Assembly: GCA_020348925.1 (NCBI GenBank)
Contig: CP070758.1
Span: forward strand, 2,020,030 to 2,084,029
Reading direction: 5' to 3'
Length of the DNA stretch: 64,000 bases
From: Gemmatimonadota bacterium
GTDB taxonomy: Bacteria; JBHIER01; G020348925
Shown: positions 8,571 to 19,249 of the stretch, in pieces
Layout: every line of letters starts with the position of its first letter
Position numbering within the stretch: position 1 is the first letter of the stretch
Translations under genes and position numbers: made by a program
The notes under the pieces: model-generated
The model's input: the letters and a program-made list of their open reading frames with translations, nothing else
Databases searched by the model: none
What the model was told of the DNA's origin: nothing

Positions 8571-9521
8571 TTACTTTCGTTTTCCTGCAGTCGTGTAGAC
8601 ATCAAGAATCCTGTCGATGATAGAATCGATGCTCTCATCTTCCTTAACATCAAACCATGTCACGCGCCGGTCCTTGCTGAACCAGGTAAGCTGCCGTTTG
8701 GCATAATGCCGCGAGTTCCGTTTCACGAGCCGTACCGCCTCTTCAAGATCAACCTCACCACCGAGGTACGAAAACACCTCCTGGTAGCCAACCGTCTGCA
8801 TGGCATTGAGGGTTCGATCGTATCCCATTGTTACGAGGTTTTGAACCTCATCCACCAATCCTTTTTTCATCATGTCATCGACGCGTCGATCAATTCGCTC
8901 ATACAAAACCGGCCGAGACATGGTTAAACCGATAAAGAGCGGCTCAAAGGCTGGCATAACTCCCCTTGACTCCCTCTGGATGAGAGAGAGCGGACGTCCG
9001 GTTATTTCATGGACCTCCAGAGCCCGGAGGATACGCTGCGTGTCGTTGGGGTGAATACGCCCAGCAGTCTCAGGATCGATGGTCATCAATTCGGCATGGA
9101 GCGGTTTCGGTCCCCATTCTTTCATCCTTCTTTGAAGGTTCTCTCGGACTTCGTTATCGTGCACGAAGGGATCGAAAAAACCGTCCACCAGAGCCCGGAT
9201 GTATAAGCCCGAACCACCCACCACAATCGGCACACAACCTTTTCGAAACAAGGCATCGATCACTCTTCGGCTCTGACGCCCGTATTCCCCTGCACTGAAA
9301 TACGCATCAGGATCGACGACGTCGACGAAGTGATGCCGAATCTGTTCCCTCTGCTGGATTGTCGGCTTGGCTGTCCCAATGTCCATGTAACGATATATCT
9401 GCCGCGAATCGGCGGAGACGATCTCACCTTGTAATCTCTGCGCCAGGTGAAGGGAGAACTCCGTCTTTCCAACCGCAGTCGGCCCAACGAGAAGCAAGAG
9501 ATTGTTTTTAGGGGGACTCAC
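8571..9521 (-). CDS. miaA: tRNA (adenosine(37)-N6)-dimethylallyltransferase
   Basis: GPTAVGKT, SADSRQIYRYMDIGTAKP, VGGSGLY, RHYAKRQLTWF; follows mutL. Confidence 0.97.
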   Translation of the reverse strand: MSPPKNNLLLLVGPTAVGKTEFSLHLAQRLQGEIVSADSRQIYRYMDIGTAKPTIQQREQIRHHFVDVVDPDAYFSAGEYGRQSRRVIDALFRKGCVPIVVGGSGLYIRALVDGFFDPFVHDNEVRENLQRRMKEWGPKPLHAELMTIDPETAGRIHPNDTQRILRALEVHEITGRPLSLIQRESRGVMPAFEPLFIGLTMSRPVLYERIDRRVDDMMKKGLVDEVQNLVTMGYDRTLNAMQTVGYQEVFSYLGGEVDLEEAVRLVKRNSRHYAKRQLTWFSKDRRVTWFDVKEDESIDSIIDRILDVYTTAGKRK

Positions 9522-9527
9522 CGAAAG

Positions 9528-10895
9528 TTATCGTTTAAATTTACTGTCCAACTCATTAAGCGGCATACGAATAAATGTTGGTCTTCCATGAGGACAAAAG
9601 TCCGGATTGGGGGTTGCAAAGAGCATGTCGATGAGGTTGTTCATCTCATCCTGTGAGAGGGGGTCGCCGTCTTTGATGGCGGTTTTGCAGGCGAACGAGA
9701 TGGCTATCCGCTCCCGGATATTTTTTTCCGTCTTCCCGGTCTCGATGAGATCGTCCAGGATATCTTTCATCGCCTGCTCGCCGGTCGTATGACGCAGGAG
9801 CGCCGGAATGGCTTCGACAACGACCGTGTTTCCACCGAAGAGTTTGATGCTGAATCCTAATTGTTGGAACAGTGGCAATGCCTCGGCCATGACTGCCAGC
9901 TCTTCGAAGGACAATTCCATTGTGAGCGGGAAGAGCAACTGTTGGCCGGTCGCCCGTTGCCCCTCAAAGCTCTTCTTGGCCAATTCATAGAGCACCCGTT
10001 CGTGGGCCGCATGTTGATCGATAATGACGGCCCCGTCTTTGATCTGTGCCAGAATATATCGCTTGTGGAGCTGCCATAACGTGACCTTTTCCTCGGCCAA
10101 TGAACCCATCCCTTGCACTGAGCTTTCATCTTCAGCCCCCCCCTTGTCTTCTCCTTTCTGCGACTGGAGTGTCATATGTTCTCTTTCGTTTTCAGGAATC
10201 TGACTCGATGCCGTTCGTTGGAGATCCATTTGAAGAACCGGTTCATTGAAGGGGAAACGGGCCGCCAACTCTTTTCTTATATCGGCGCGAGCATGGGGAG
10301 GAGTCCATTGAGGTGCAGCCGTCTTCTTTCCCAATGCACTCCGAACCGCGCTGACAAGGGCGTGATGGACCGATCTTTCGTCGGCAAAGCGAACTTCCCG
10401 TTTCGTCGGATGAACGTTGACATCGACTCGGATCCTGTCGATGTCCAGCAGGATAACTGCCATGGGAAACTTTCCCTTTTGCAGCTGCGGCTGATAACCC
10501 TCGAAGATGGCATGGTAAAGAAGCTGGCTGACGATCGGTCGCCTATTGACAAAGATAAACTGGTGGACTCTCGATGATCTCGCCGACTCTGGTCTTCCGA
10601 TCCATCCGGATATTTGGATCCCATCGGCTTTGTAATCCAAGGGTAAGGCCTCTTTCAATAACTGAGGACCATAAATGTCTTGAAGCCGAAGTTTCAAGCT
10701 CTCCGCTTTGGACCAATGAAAGAGCTCCCTCTCATTGTGATGGAGCGTAAATCCTATCTCAGGGTGGGCTATGGCACACTGTATTATTGTCCGCGTGCTA
10801 TGTCGCAGTTCCGTAGACGCGCTTCGTAAAAATTTTCGTCGGGCAGGTGTGTTGTAGTACAGTTGTTTTACGGTGACCGTTGTCCCGACTGCGCG
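9528..10895 (-). CDS. mutL: DNA mismatch repair endonuclease MutL, 5'-truncated by gap
   Basis: GTTVTVKQLYYNTPARRKFL, DVNVHPTKREVRF; endonuclease motifs DQHAAHERVLYE, ACK and CPHGRP. Confidence 0.96.
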   Translation of the reverse strand, partial: RAVGTTVTVKQLYYNTPARRKFLRSASTELRHSTRTIIQCAIAHPEIGFTLHHNERELFHWSKAESLKLRLQDIYGPQLLKEALPLDYKADGIQISGWIGRPESARSSRVHQFIFVNRRPIVSQLLYHAIFEGYQPQLQKGKFPMAVILLDIDRIRVDVNVHPTKREVRFADERSVHHALVSAVRSALGKKTAAPQWTPPHARADIRKELAARFPFNEPVLQMDLQRTASSQIPENEREHMTLQSQKGEDKGGAEDESSVQGMGSLAEEKVTLWQLHKRYILAQIKDGAVIIDQHAAHERVLYELAKKSFEGQRATGQQLLFPLTMELSFEELAVMAEALPLFQQLGFSIKLFGGNTVVVEAIPALLRHTTGEQAMKDILDDLIETGKTEKNIRERIAISFACKTAIKDGDPLSQDEMNNLIDMLFATPNPDFCPHGRPTFIRMPLNELDSKFKR

Positions 10896-10995
10896 NNNNN
10901 NNNNNNNNNNNNNNNNNNNNNNNNNNNNNNNNNNNNNNNNNNNNNNNNNNNNNNNNNNNNNNNNNNNNNNNNNNNNNNNNNNNNNNNNNNNNNNN
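10896..10995. other. Assembly gap / contig join (100 N)
   Basis: Run of exactly 100 N. Confidence 0.98.
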
Positions 10996-13969
10996 GTCCG
11001 TCGCCGCTCAACGGAACCGTCCCCAGAATGTGGTTTATGGTGGCCAGCACATCCAGAATATTGATGCTGCCGTCGTTGTTGACGTCCCCACGAACCCCCT
11101 CCAACCAGGAAGGACTGAAAGTGATCCCGATGTTCTCCTCCCAACCCTTGGTCACGCGCACTATCTCAGGCTCACCGGCACGACCCTCTATGGCTCCACC
11201 GCGACTCCGAGAGCCGCCCTCGGCATAGTACATCCAGTTGCGATGAAACGCCCCGTCCGGAAGAAGGGGCTTGGCGAAAAATCGGACCGCCGTCTCATCC
11301 GTGGCCCTCAGGTGAATCCAGAAATCCCCGCAAAGCCCGACCAGACTCTCGTAGTCCGGACGCTGCGTCAAGTCGAGCACAATCCGGCCGTCGGCATCGA
11401 CGGAGTCCGGATAGAACAGAAAGGGGGCGATCAGCTCATCACCAAAAGTGCTGTCGTTTTCCCCCGGCCCAAAAACGTACACCTCCAAGGGTGAGACCTC
11501 ATCGCTCATCCCCCGGTCCCGGCCTCTGTCCGGGCAAGAAGAGGACGAAACAGAACCGTTCCAGGCCGCACCGATCACAAGGGTCTGAAGAGCCGCCTCT
11601 GGCGTCTCTCCCGGTATGCTGAAGCGGACTGCCGGCCCTGCACCGGGCTCCGACTCGACGCTATCGCGCTCCGTGCTGTAAGGATCAAAATAACCCAAAT
11701 ACCCTGAACCGGATTCACTGACCGCCACAGGACCGATGAGCATCGTGTCGTTCACACCAAGCGTATCGCACGGAGATTCGAGTAAAACCTTCAGGTAATA
11801 CAGTCCACCAGCTGCCGGTCTCCAGTCGTACTCATAGGCATAGATAGTATCACCGGCTGGAAGGAGGAAGAAGGGATATTGAAACTTGGGGCCAATCGGA
11901 TGGACATCGCCGGGGAGAATACTTACACCGCCCTCATCAAGGATATCGATGTAGGCATTTCCAGGGGCCATGTCGAGATTGCTGAGATTGGTAATGGCAA
12001 CCTGGACCGGCGTGGTATAGTTCACTGAAACCGGATTGGAAACTGCGATGTGGGTGACGGCGAAGTCGCACTCGGCGTGGATAACGAAAAACTCATCGTT
12101 CTGGTCGCAGCAGGTGGAGTCCAGGGCGTCGCAGATGATGACGAGGCAGTTGTCGGAGGGGGTGCCGGGAACGGTCCAGTCATACGATCCATCGTCCTCG
12201 GTGCCTCCACTTATGGGTATGTAAAATTCGCCTCCGTCAGGGGAGTATTCGATGATGACTGTACCGCTGGTGTTTTCTGAAATCCACGTGATGATCTCCG
12301 TCTCCCCAGCCTCCCAGATCTCCCCCCCGTTGGGGGAGCTGACCTCAAGGAAGCACGGTACCTGGATCTCGATACACTGGGAGAACTCAGACGTGTTGCC
12401 TGAAGGATCCGTGGCCGTGGCCGTTATGAATTGGCCCTCGGCAATAGCGTCAGAAGGGGTGAAACTGAAACTCGCATCGCCGCCAGTGTCAGTGTATACA
12501 ATTATCCCCTCCAAAAATGTCTCCCCTTCACCGTAGCCGGAAGGATCGCATTCGGTGTTGGAGAAGAAGTCGATTCTGAATTCTGTATTCGGCGTGCTGT
12601 TGAGGTTTCCTTGAACGAGGTCCGGTGTGGCCGAGGTTAACACTGGAAAATTTTGCACATGGTTGGCACCTGCATCACCATCCCCGGCATCATTGGGTGT
12701 CACGCCGTCATCGTTCAGATCGATTCCCAGGCCACCGTTGGAGAAGACGGTATTGGAGAGAATAGCGTTACCCGTGCCGGAAGAAGACACCACACCTGCG
12801 AGCACGTTGAAGGCAATGGTATTACCTGCGGTCCCTCCAATACTGTTATCCGAGGCCTCATCATCGATCCGCACACCGTCCCCGCCATTTCCCAGGGCCC
12901 CTGTACCGTAGCTGTCGACACCGATGAAGTTGCCCAGCACCAGATTATCCGTGGTGCCGCTATTGGCTAAGTAGACGCCTGCGAAGCCGTTGCCTGAGAT
13001 AACGTTGGTCGATTCCATCGAAGTTCCGCCGATGGTGTTGTTCGAGGCCTGCTGCTGGATAACGACGCCCGCGTTTGAGTTACCGATCGGTGATGTGCCG
13101 GTAACGTCAGTGCCGATAAAGTTGCCCTGCACGACATTGTTTGAGGCGGTGCTTTCAATAATCAGGACGCCGATGGCGTCGTTGCCTGAAATGACATTGT
13201 GAGCTCCGGGATTCGTTCCGCCGATGGTGTTGTTTGCCCCTCCGAAGATAGAGATCCCAAAGAGGGCGTTGCCCCGGTCGGCGGTTCCGCTGATGTCGGT
13301 GCCGATGAGGTTGCCCTGCACCACATTGCCGGTGACACCTGCACCTATCATGAGGACGCCCATCTGGGCGTTGCCTGATAGAAGGTTACGTGCCGCAGGC
13401 GTTGTTCCCCCGACGGTGTTGTTGCTGCTCCAAATCGATACGCCTTCCATGCCGTTGCCTGAAGCAGATATGCCGCTGAAATCCGTTCCGATGAAGTTGC
13501 CTTCGATGACATTTCCACCGCCGGTGTGTATCCAGATCCCCTCGGCGCTAAAATCTTTGATCACCAGCCCTCGCACCGTACTGTTCCCGGCAACGATCTC
13601 CAGGCCCATGGCATCGCCGGCACTGCTTCCGTTCAGGACGATCTTCAATACCGTGTTCAGACCCTGGCCGACAGGATTTGTATTGGGACTGGCTCCGGTC
13701 TGTGTATAGCCGTCTATTATGACCGGATCGGTGATGGGGGGAAGGATAGATGAGGGCTGGATGGTATGCACCAAGCCAGCGGGGGGAATGTTGAACTCGA
13801 TAAGATCCGATCCCGGATTGCGGTTGGCGTCCTCGATGGCCTGTCTCAGTGAACCTGGCCCGCTGTCCTCTGCGTTCGTGACCGTGATGCTCATGGCCGG
13901 AAGCGAACCGGGCACTACCACGAACGCCAAGAGATACACAAGACCTACGATAAGCGATATGAGACGCAT
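10996..13969 (-). CDS. Large secreted protein: right-handed beta-helix repeats, Ig-like domains and a dockerin-like module; 3' end lost in gap
   Basis: ATG at 13969 after a GGAGG RBS; signal peptide; VTNAEDSGPGSLRQAI; repeated GN(F/L)IGTD.SGT...GN..GV.I....NNTIGGT....RNVISGN; GNTSEFS; C-terminal GDVNNDGSINILDVLATINHILG. Confidence 0.85.
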
Positions 13970-14191
13970 CTCAGAGTCCCTCCTTTCCTTCCTCACGGAT
14001 ATATTGAGTGTGTGTCAAAAAGTCCTCAGCCTTCGAATACCAGCTGACTTCGAAATTTTAAACGTTTTTAAATTCTTGAGGAATATCCATACTCTTTTTG
14101 CTGGAAGTTTTACACGAATGTCTGATTCTGGTTGATTCTCGTATATGCAGATGTGACGATGTCTTGGCTGATAGCCTGACAGCGTCATCTA

Positions 14192-14220
14192 ATTATAGCA
14201 TATAAACAATTGTTTGTCAA
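14192..14220 (-). promoter_or_regulatory. Consensus sigma70 promoter with extended -10 for the beta-helix gene
   Basis: TTGACA-N17-TATAAT with TG one base before the -10 hexamer (TGCTATAAT). Confidence 0.75.
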
Positions 14221-14548
14221 GACATTTTTGGCACAAAATCACTTTCTGAAAAGGGCGGCTCATAGTGCCAGTATTGTTAGAGGCATCACGGGACATACGA
14301 ACGCGATATTTTTCCAATCGGTTCTATGAATTTTTTCTTGCTTTTTTCGGCAAAGTGAGATAGTTTGCATGAGACGATCGCGAGTTGTGATCTGGTGGAT
14401 AGGTGGCAAGGACCATGAAGAGTGCAGCGCTCTTCTCAATAATAATCGCAAGAATCCGATACCGAAAAAAGATGTGTGCGGCGATGATAAAATGATTGTT
14501 CCCTTGATCGCACAATACATCGCATTTGCTGACTTTTGTGGTAATAAT

Positions 14549-14577
14549 CTTTACGAAATCTCGAACGTTTCGTAAAG
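14549..14577. repeat. Perfect 10-bp inverted repeat just upstream of the kinase RBS
   Basis: ctttacgaaa-N9-tttcgtaaag. Confidence 0.5.
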
Positions 14578-14594
14578 GTAAATGGAGAAAATAA

Positions 14595-17588
14595 ATGGAT
14601 AATTTCATCGGTCAAACGATATCCCACTATCAAATCATCGAGAAACTCGGCGAAGGCGGCATGGGGGTCGTCTATAAGGCTGAGGACACCAAGCTCCGGC
14701 GCACCGTTGCCCTGAAATTTCTACCGGCAGTTATGACCCGTGACCCGGAGGCTAAGGAGCGCTTCATCCAGGAGGCACGGGCGGCCTCGGCCATGGACCA
14801 TTCCAATATCTGTACCATTCATGAAATCGGCGAGACCGAAGATGGGCATATGTTCATCTGTATGGCCTGCTATGAGGGACAGACCCTCAAGGACAAAATC
14901 AAAGACGGACCGTTGGAGCTTGGAGAGGCCGTGAATATCGCTGTGCAGGCTGCGCAAGGTCTGGCCAAAGCTCACGATCAGGGAATTGCCCACCGGGACA
15001 TCAAGCCGGCCAACATTTTCATCACCGAAGATAACGAGGTGAAAATCGTCGATTTCGGTCTGGCTAAATTGGCGGGTAACATGGGGCTCACGAAGACCGG
15101 AACGACTGTGGGTACGGTGCCCTACATGTCACCCGAACAGATCCGCGGCCAGGGAGTTGATCACCGAACCGACATCTGGTCTCTGGGCGCGGTGTTGTAT
15201 GAGATGGTCACCGGGGAGATGGCCTTCAAAGGGGAATACGAGCAGGCGGTGATGTATTCTATCATGAGTGAGGAGCCGGAGCCGATCGTAAATTTCCGCT
15301 CGGATGTGCCACAGGATCTGGAATGGGTTATCCAGAAGGCGCTCCAGAAGGATGTCAGCGAGCGATATCAGGATGTGGCTGAAATGCTGATCGATCTGAG
15401 GAGGTTCGCCCAGGGTGCGGTGGTCGAAGGTGCGATCCGGCCGCCCAGGGTATTGGAGGAGGAGATCACAAAAAAATTGTTGAAGAGGATTGTGTTGCCT
15501 GTGGGTATTGTCCTCTTTTTCGTCATCGCCGTTGTCCTGGTCCGACCGCTTCTTCTCCAGCAGGTACTGGTTTCGGAGCCGAAGCCCATCGCCGTGATCA
15601 GCTTTGTCAACCAGACGGGGGACAGCACCTATGATTATCTCCAAACGGTCATTCCGAATTTATTGATCACGAGCCTTGAACAATCACCCAATATCCGTGT
15701 CGCCACCTGGGAGCGCATGTATGACCTCCTGAAACAGATCGGCAAGGAGGATAGGGATATCATTGACAGGGAACTGGGATTTGAAATCTGCCGCATGGAT
15801 GGTATCGATGTCATCGTCCTGGGCAGCTTCACCCGAACGGGCGATATATTCGCGACTGATGTGAAGGTGTTGGATGTGACAACGAAAGATCTGCTGAAGG
15901 GTGCCACGTTCAAAGGCGAGGGGGTTGCCAGCATTCTCAAAACACAGATCGATGAACTCACGAGGGAGATCTCTCGAGGTGTGGGCATTTCCGATCTTGC
16001 GTTCGAAGAAGCCGGAACCGGGATCGCCGATATGACAACTTCCTCAATGGAGGCGTACAACTATTTCTTGAGGGGTAAAGAGAATTGCGAAAAATTCTAT
16101 TACGATGATGCCCTGCCATTTCTCGAAAAGAGTGTGGATCTCGATTCGACCTTCGCTGTGGCATACCTCTATCTTGGCTGGGCATACGATTGGTTGCACG
16201 ATAACGACGCCAGAAAGAACGCCTACGAGAAGGCGAAAAAATTCTCCCAAAAAGCAACAGACAAGGAAAGACTCTATATCGAGGCGACGTACGCCGGGGA
16301 GATTGAAAACGATCGGGAAAAGAAATATCATGTCCTCAAACAGATTACCCAGAAATATCCGAAGGAAAAGCGAGCGCATCTCTTATTGGCGGAGTATTAC
16401 AGAACACAGAGAGTGCTGGCTGAGGCCATACTTGAGTTCCATAAGGCCCTGGAACTCGATCCCAATTACGGATTTGCCATGAATCAGCTGGCTTACACGT
16501 ACGCTGATAGTGGTGACTTTGAGAAGGCCATCGAATATTTTGAGAGGTACGCATCCGTATCTCCCGGGGACGCAAATCCATTCGATTCAATGGCCGAGCT
16601 CTATGTGCGCATGGGAAAGCTCGATGAGGCGATAGTACAATACAACAAGGCCTTGGACATAAAACCGGACTTCGGTTCGGATTGGAGTATCGCCTACATC
16701 TATGCCTTGAAGGAAGAGTACTCCGAGGTCATGACGTGGATCAATCAGTTTTTATCCATGGCCCCTTCGCCGGGGATACGAGTACAGGGATATGTGTGGA
16801 AGGGGCTGTATCACTGCTTACTGGGGAGTTTCGACGAGTCCCTGAGTGATCTTGAAAGAGCGGTGGAACTGGCCGACGTCATAGGGAACGAGGCGTGGAA
16901 AGCCCATGCGGACAGGACAAAAGCGTGGATTTATTATGAGAAGGGTGAGTTTGAGCGCGGTCGGAGATTCATTCGAAATTGGCTCGATTTCTATTCAGAA
17001 TACTATCCACCATACATACCATATTTTACGGCCAGTCATAAAACGTATCTTGGTTTGGCTGATATAAAGCAGGGGCGAACCGATTCGGCATGGGTCAGGC
17101 TGGAAGATATAAAATCTCTGTTGCCCGACATAGCTCCGAAGGTGAAGGGAAATATAACGTTCGGTTATGACGTGCTTTACGGAGAGTACTTGCTCGCTTC
17201 AGACTCCCTCGAAAAAGCCATCGCTACCGGCGAAAAAGCATCGCCTCTGGGAAAGCTTCCGCTGATGCACCCATGGAATCTCCTCCCCTATAATGTGCCC
17301 TTCCGGAAAGATGTATTGGCGCGGGCATATCAACGGACGGGAGAGATCGACGAAGCCATCTCCGAGTACGAGCGTTTGATCACAGTTGACCCGAACAGCG
17401 TGGAGCGGCCGCTCATTCACCCCGTGTATCACTATCATTTAGCCAATCTGTATTCGGAGAAGGGCCTGTCAGACAAAGCCGTTTCCCAGTACGAGCAGTT
17501 CCTCGACATCTGGAAGGATGCCGATGAAGATCTGCCAGAACTGATAGACGCCAAGGCGAGATTGGCGAGGTTGAGGGAGGCGGGTTGA
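14595..17588 (+). CDS. Hanks-type Ser/Thr protein kinase with a TM helix, TolB-N-like domain and multiple TPRs
   Basis: LGEGGMGVVY, VALK, HRDIKPANI, DFG, YMSPEQ, DIWSLG; hydrophobic IVLPVGIVLFFVIAVVLV; IAVISFVNQTGD; TPR-like helical repeats. Confidence 0.93.
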   Translation: MDNFIGQTISHYQIIEKLGEGGMGVVYKAEDTKLRRTVALKFLPAVMTRDPEAKERFIQEARAASAMDHSNICTIHEIGETEDGHMFICMACYEGQTLKDKIKDGPLELGEAVNIAVQAAQGLAKAHDQGIAHRDIKPANIFITEDNEVKIVDFGLAKLAGNMGLTKTGTTVGTVPYMSPEQIRGQGVDHRTDIWSLGAVLYEMVTGEMAFKGEYEQAVMYSIMSEEPEPIVNFRSDVPQDLEWVIQKALQKDVSERYQDVAEMLIDLRRFAQGAVVEGAIRPPRVLEEEITKKLLKRIVLPVGIVLFFVIAVVLVRPLLLQQVLVSEPKPIAVISFVNQTGDSTYDYLQTVIPNLLITSLEQSPNIRVATWERMYDLLKQIGKEDRDIIDRELGFEICRMDGIDVIVLGSFTRTGDIFATDVKVLDVTTKDLLKGATFKGEGVASILKTQIDELTREISRGVGISDLAFEEAGTGIADMTTSSMEAYNYFLRGKENCEKFYYDDALPFLEKSVDLDSTFAVAYLYLGWAYDWLHDNDARKNAYEKAKKFSQKATDKERLYIEATYAGEIENDREKKYHVLKQITQKYPKEKRAHLLLAEYYRTQRVLAEAILEFHKALELDPNYGFAMNQLAYTYADSGDFEKAIEYFERYASVSPGDANPFDSMAELYVRMGKLDEAIVQYNKALDIKPDFGSDWSIAYIYALKEEYSEVMTWINQFLSMAPSPGIRVQGYVWKGLYHCLLGSFDESLSDLERAVELADVIGNEAWKAHADRTKAWIYYEKGEFERGRRFIRNWLDFYSEYYPPYIPYFTASHKTYLGLADIKQGRTDSAWVRLEDIKSLLPDIAPKVKGNITFGYDVLYGEYLLASDSLEKAIATGEKASPLGKLPLMHPWNLLPYNVPFRKDVLARAYQRTGEIDEAISEYERLITVDPNSVERPLIHPVYHYHLANLYSEKGLSDKAVSQYEQFLDIWKDADEDLPELIDAKARLARLREAG

Positions 17589-17646
17589 TATCAAGCTTTT
17601 CGAAAAACTTTACTAATCTGTATAATTCCTTGATAAAATAAAAGTT

Positions 17647-17731
17647 GTCATTCGTCCGAAGGCAGGAACCTCCTCGATTTGCTGATCACACACACTCCAG
17701 TAAGGAGATTCCGGGGAAAAACCGGCATGAC
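17647..17731. repeat. Degenerate GTCATT...ATGAC REP/MITE-like palindromic element
   Basis: gtcattcgtccgaaggcaggaacctcc...ggagattccggggaaaaaccggcatgac. Confidence 0.5.
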
Positions 17732-17873
17732 GTAGTAATTACCGTGAAATGTGTCGTGTAACAAAGTACAAAACCAAAAATCACCATAAGTCAATAAATA
17801 TTTTAAGGTTACGCTGCATTTAAATTATTTTATGACCGAAACTGAGCGATCTTTAGACAAAAGTAACGGAGTG

Positions 17874-17959
17874 GTCATTCTGAACGGAGCAAGGCCAAGT
17901 GAAGAATCTCACTCACAAGGTGAGAGATGCTTCGCCCGATAAATCAAGCTCAGAATGAC
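17874..17959. repeat. GTCATTCTGA...GAAGAATCTC / GAGATGCTTCG...TCAGAATGAC REP/MITE-like element
   Basis: 10-bp terminal inverted repeat GTCATTCTGA/TCAGAATGAC plus an inner GAAGAATCTC/GAGATGCTTC stem. Confidence 0.65.
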
Positions 17960-18117
17960 ATCTCAGTCATAGTGTTTGCCAAGAATTACTCAATTTAGGT
18001 ACGAATAATTCAGGCGAAACTTTGAAAGTGTCGTGAAGTTCAATGAGAATAGATGGCGGAATACATGGACTGCCAGCGAGATTGAAGGACCGGAGCCTTT
18101 TCTCTCTTTCGATACAT

Positions 18118-19128
18118 TCAGACACCCTGGAGCATGTGCAGTTGCCACAGTTCCCGGCTGCTCGTATGAAGAAAGGGCGAAATGGCCAACCTCCCTGTTT
18201 TCCCGATGCTTTTTTCCAAATATCTCATCTCCTCGAAGTTCTCTCGTATCTCCGGGTCCGCAGAGGGTTCGAATCCGGCCTCCCGTAGCATGAGTATCCC
18301 CTTGGCTCTGACGGACAACTCCAGGTGAATCCGCAACAGACACAGCATATCGGCCACAATCTCTCCGGAAAACCGGTCTTTGAGGGAATCCAGGTACCTC
18401 CCAATTTTGGTCTCCGAGATGTTTCCCGTGGTGATCATGTCGAGAAGAAGGACATCCGTATCAAGACCCACCTCCAGCCAGAATTGGAGGGATTTTTCGC
18501 TCCGGGAGAAAACGACAACGATGACCAGGGGAAGCAGAATTAACTGCAAGACGGTTGTCACAACCGGCGAGAAGATGAAGTTGTTAAAGAATCCATGGAT
18601 TACAATCGCTACGATGATTCCCGGGAGAAAGATGTGGAATTTTTCAGTGAATCCCCGATCGGCTGCATTCTTTGACATGATCCCCATGGCTGCCGTTGTC
18701 CCACCATGCATCACCGCCGTTCCCAGTCCTCGAAGGATCCAAAGGAATATATTCGCATCCTGCAAATACTTGAGATAATATATGTTTTCGACAAGGGCGA
18801 AGCCGGCCCCGATGGCGAAGCCGTAGATGGCCGCATCCACCAGAAATCCGATCCTTTTCGATTTGATTAAAAAGACAATATAGACTGCCTTGAATAGCTC
18901 CTCAATAACCGGGGCTCCACCCTTGGAGTATGATGAGAAATCGACGCCCAAAAGATTTATCAAGAGACTGTTCATGAACAGGGATCCCACTGCTGTAACG
19001 CAACCAATGAGGATCGTCAGCAGGATCGAGCGAAATTTCACCAGCTTATAGCTGTCCAATACTACAAAAGCCACAAGGAAATAGAAAACGGGCAGGAGAC
19101 TTACTGACGCTCTGACGATGAAATCCAC
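18118..19128 (-). CDS. PrsW-family intramembrane glutamic/metallo protease with a C-terminal soluble extension
   Basis: Several TM helices; PVIEELFK (EExxK), GFALVEN (FxxxE), VMHGG and IVIHGFFN (HxxxN) motifs. Confidence 0.88.
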   Translation of the reverse strand: MDFIVRASVSLLPVFYFLVAFVVLDSYKLVKFRSILLTILIGCVTAVGSLFMNSLLINLLGVDFSSYSKGGAPVIEELFKAVYIVFLIKSKRIGFLVDAAIYGFAIGAGFALVENIYYLKYLQDANIFLWILRGLGTAVMHGGTTAAMGIMSKNAADRGFTEKFHIFLPGIIVAIVIHGFFNNFIFSPVVTTVLQLILLPLVIVVVFSRSEKSLQFWLEVGLDTDVLLLDMITTGNISETKIGRYLDSLKDRFSGEIVADMLCLLRIHLELSVRAKGILMLREAGFEPSADPEIRENFEEMRYLEKSIGKTGRLAISPFLHTSSRELWQLHMLQGV

Positions 19129-19249
19129 GGTAGGAGCAAAGAGAGTGAAACTCTTGATTTACAGGTTTACATTAGTACGCTCACCGGTGTACCAACACAG
19201 TGCCAGGCTGGACGTATTATTGAGACACTTCTCCTTTTGAAACAAAATA

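Noticed and set aside
9528-13996. Apparent MutL with a novel N-terminus (9528-11144) and beta-helix protein ending at 10868
   Set aside because: Both are chimeras across the 10896-10995 gap
14300-14540. Possible c-di-GMP riboswitch or sigma54 promoter upstream of the kinase
   Set aside because: GGCAAA and TGGCAC words are present, but the required downstream elements (GNRA/receptor stems, TTGC at -12) are missing
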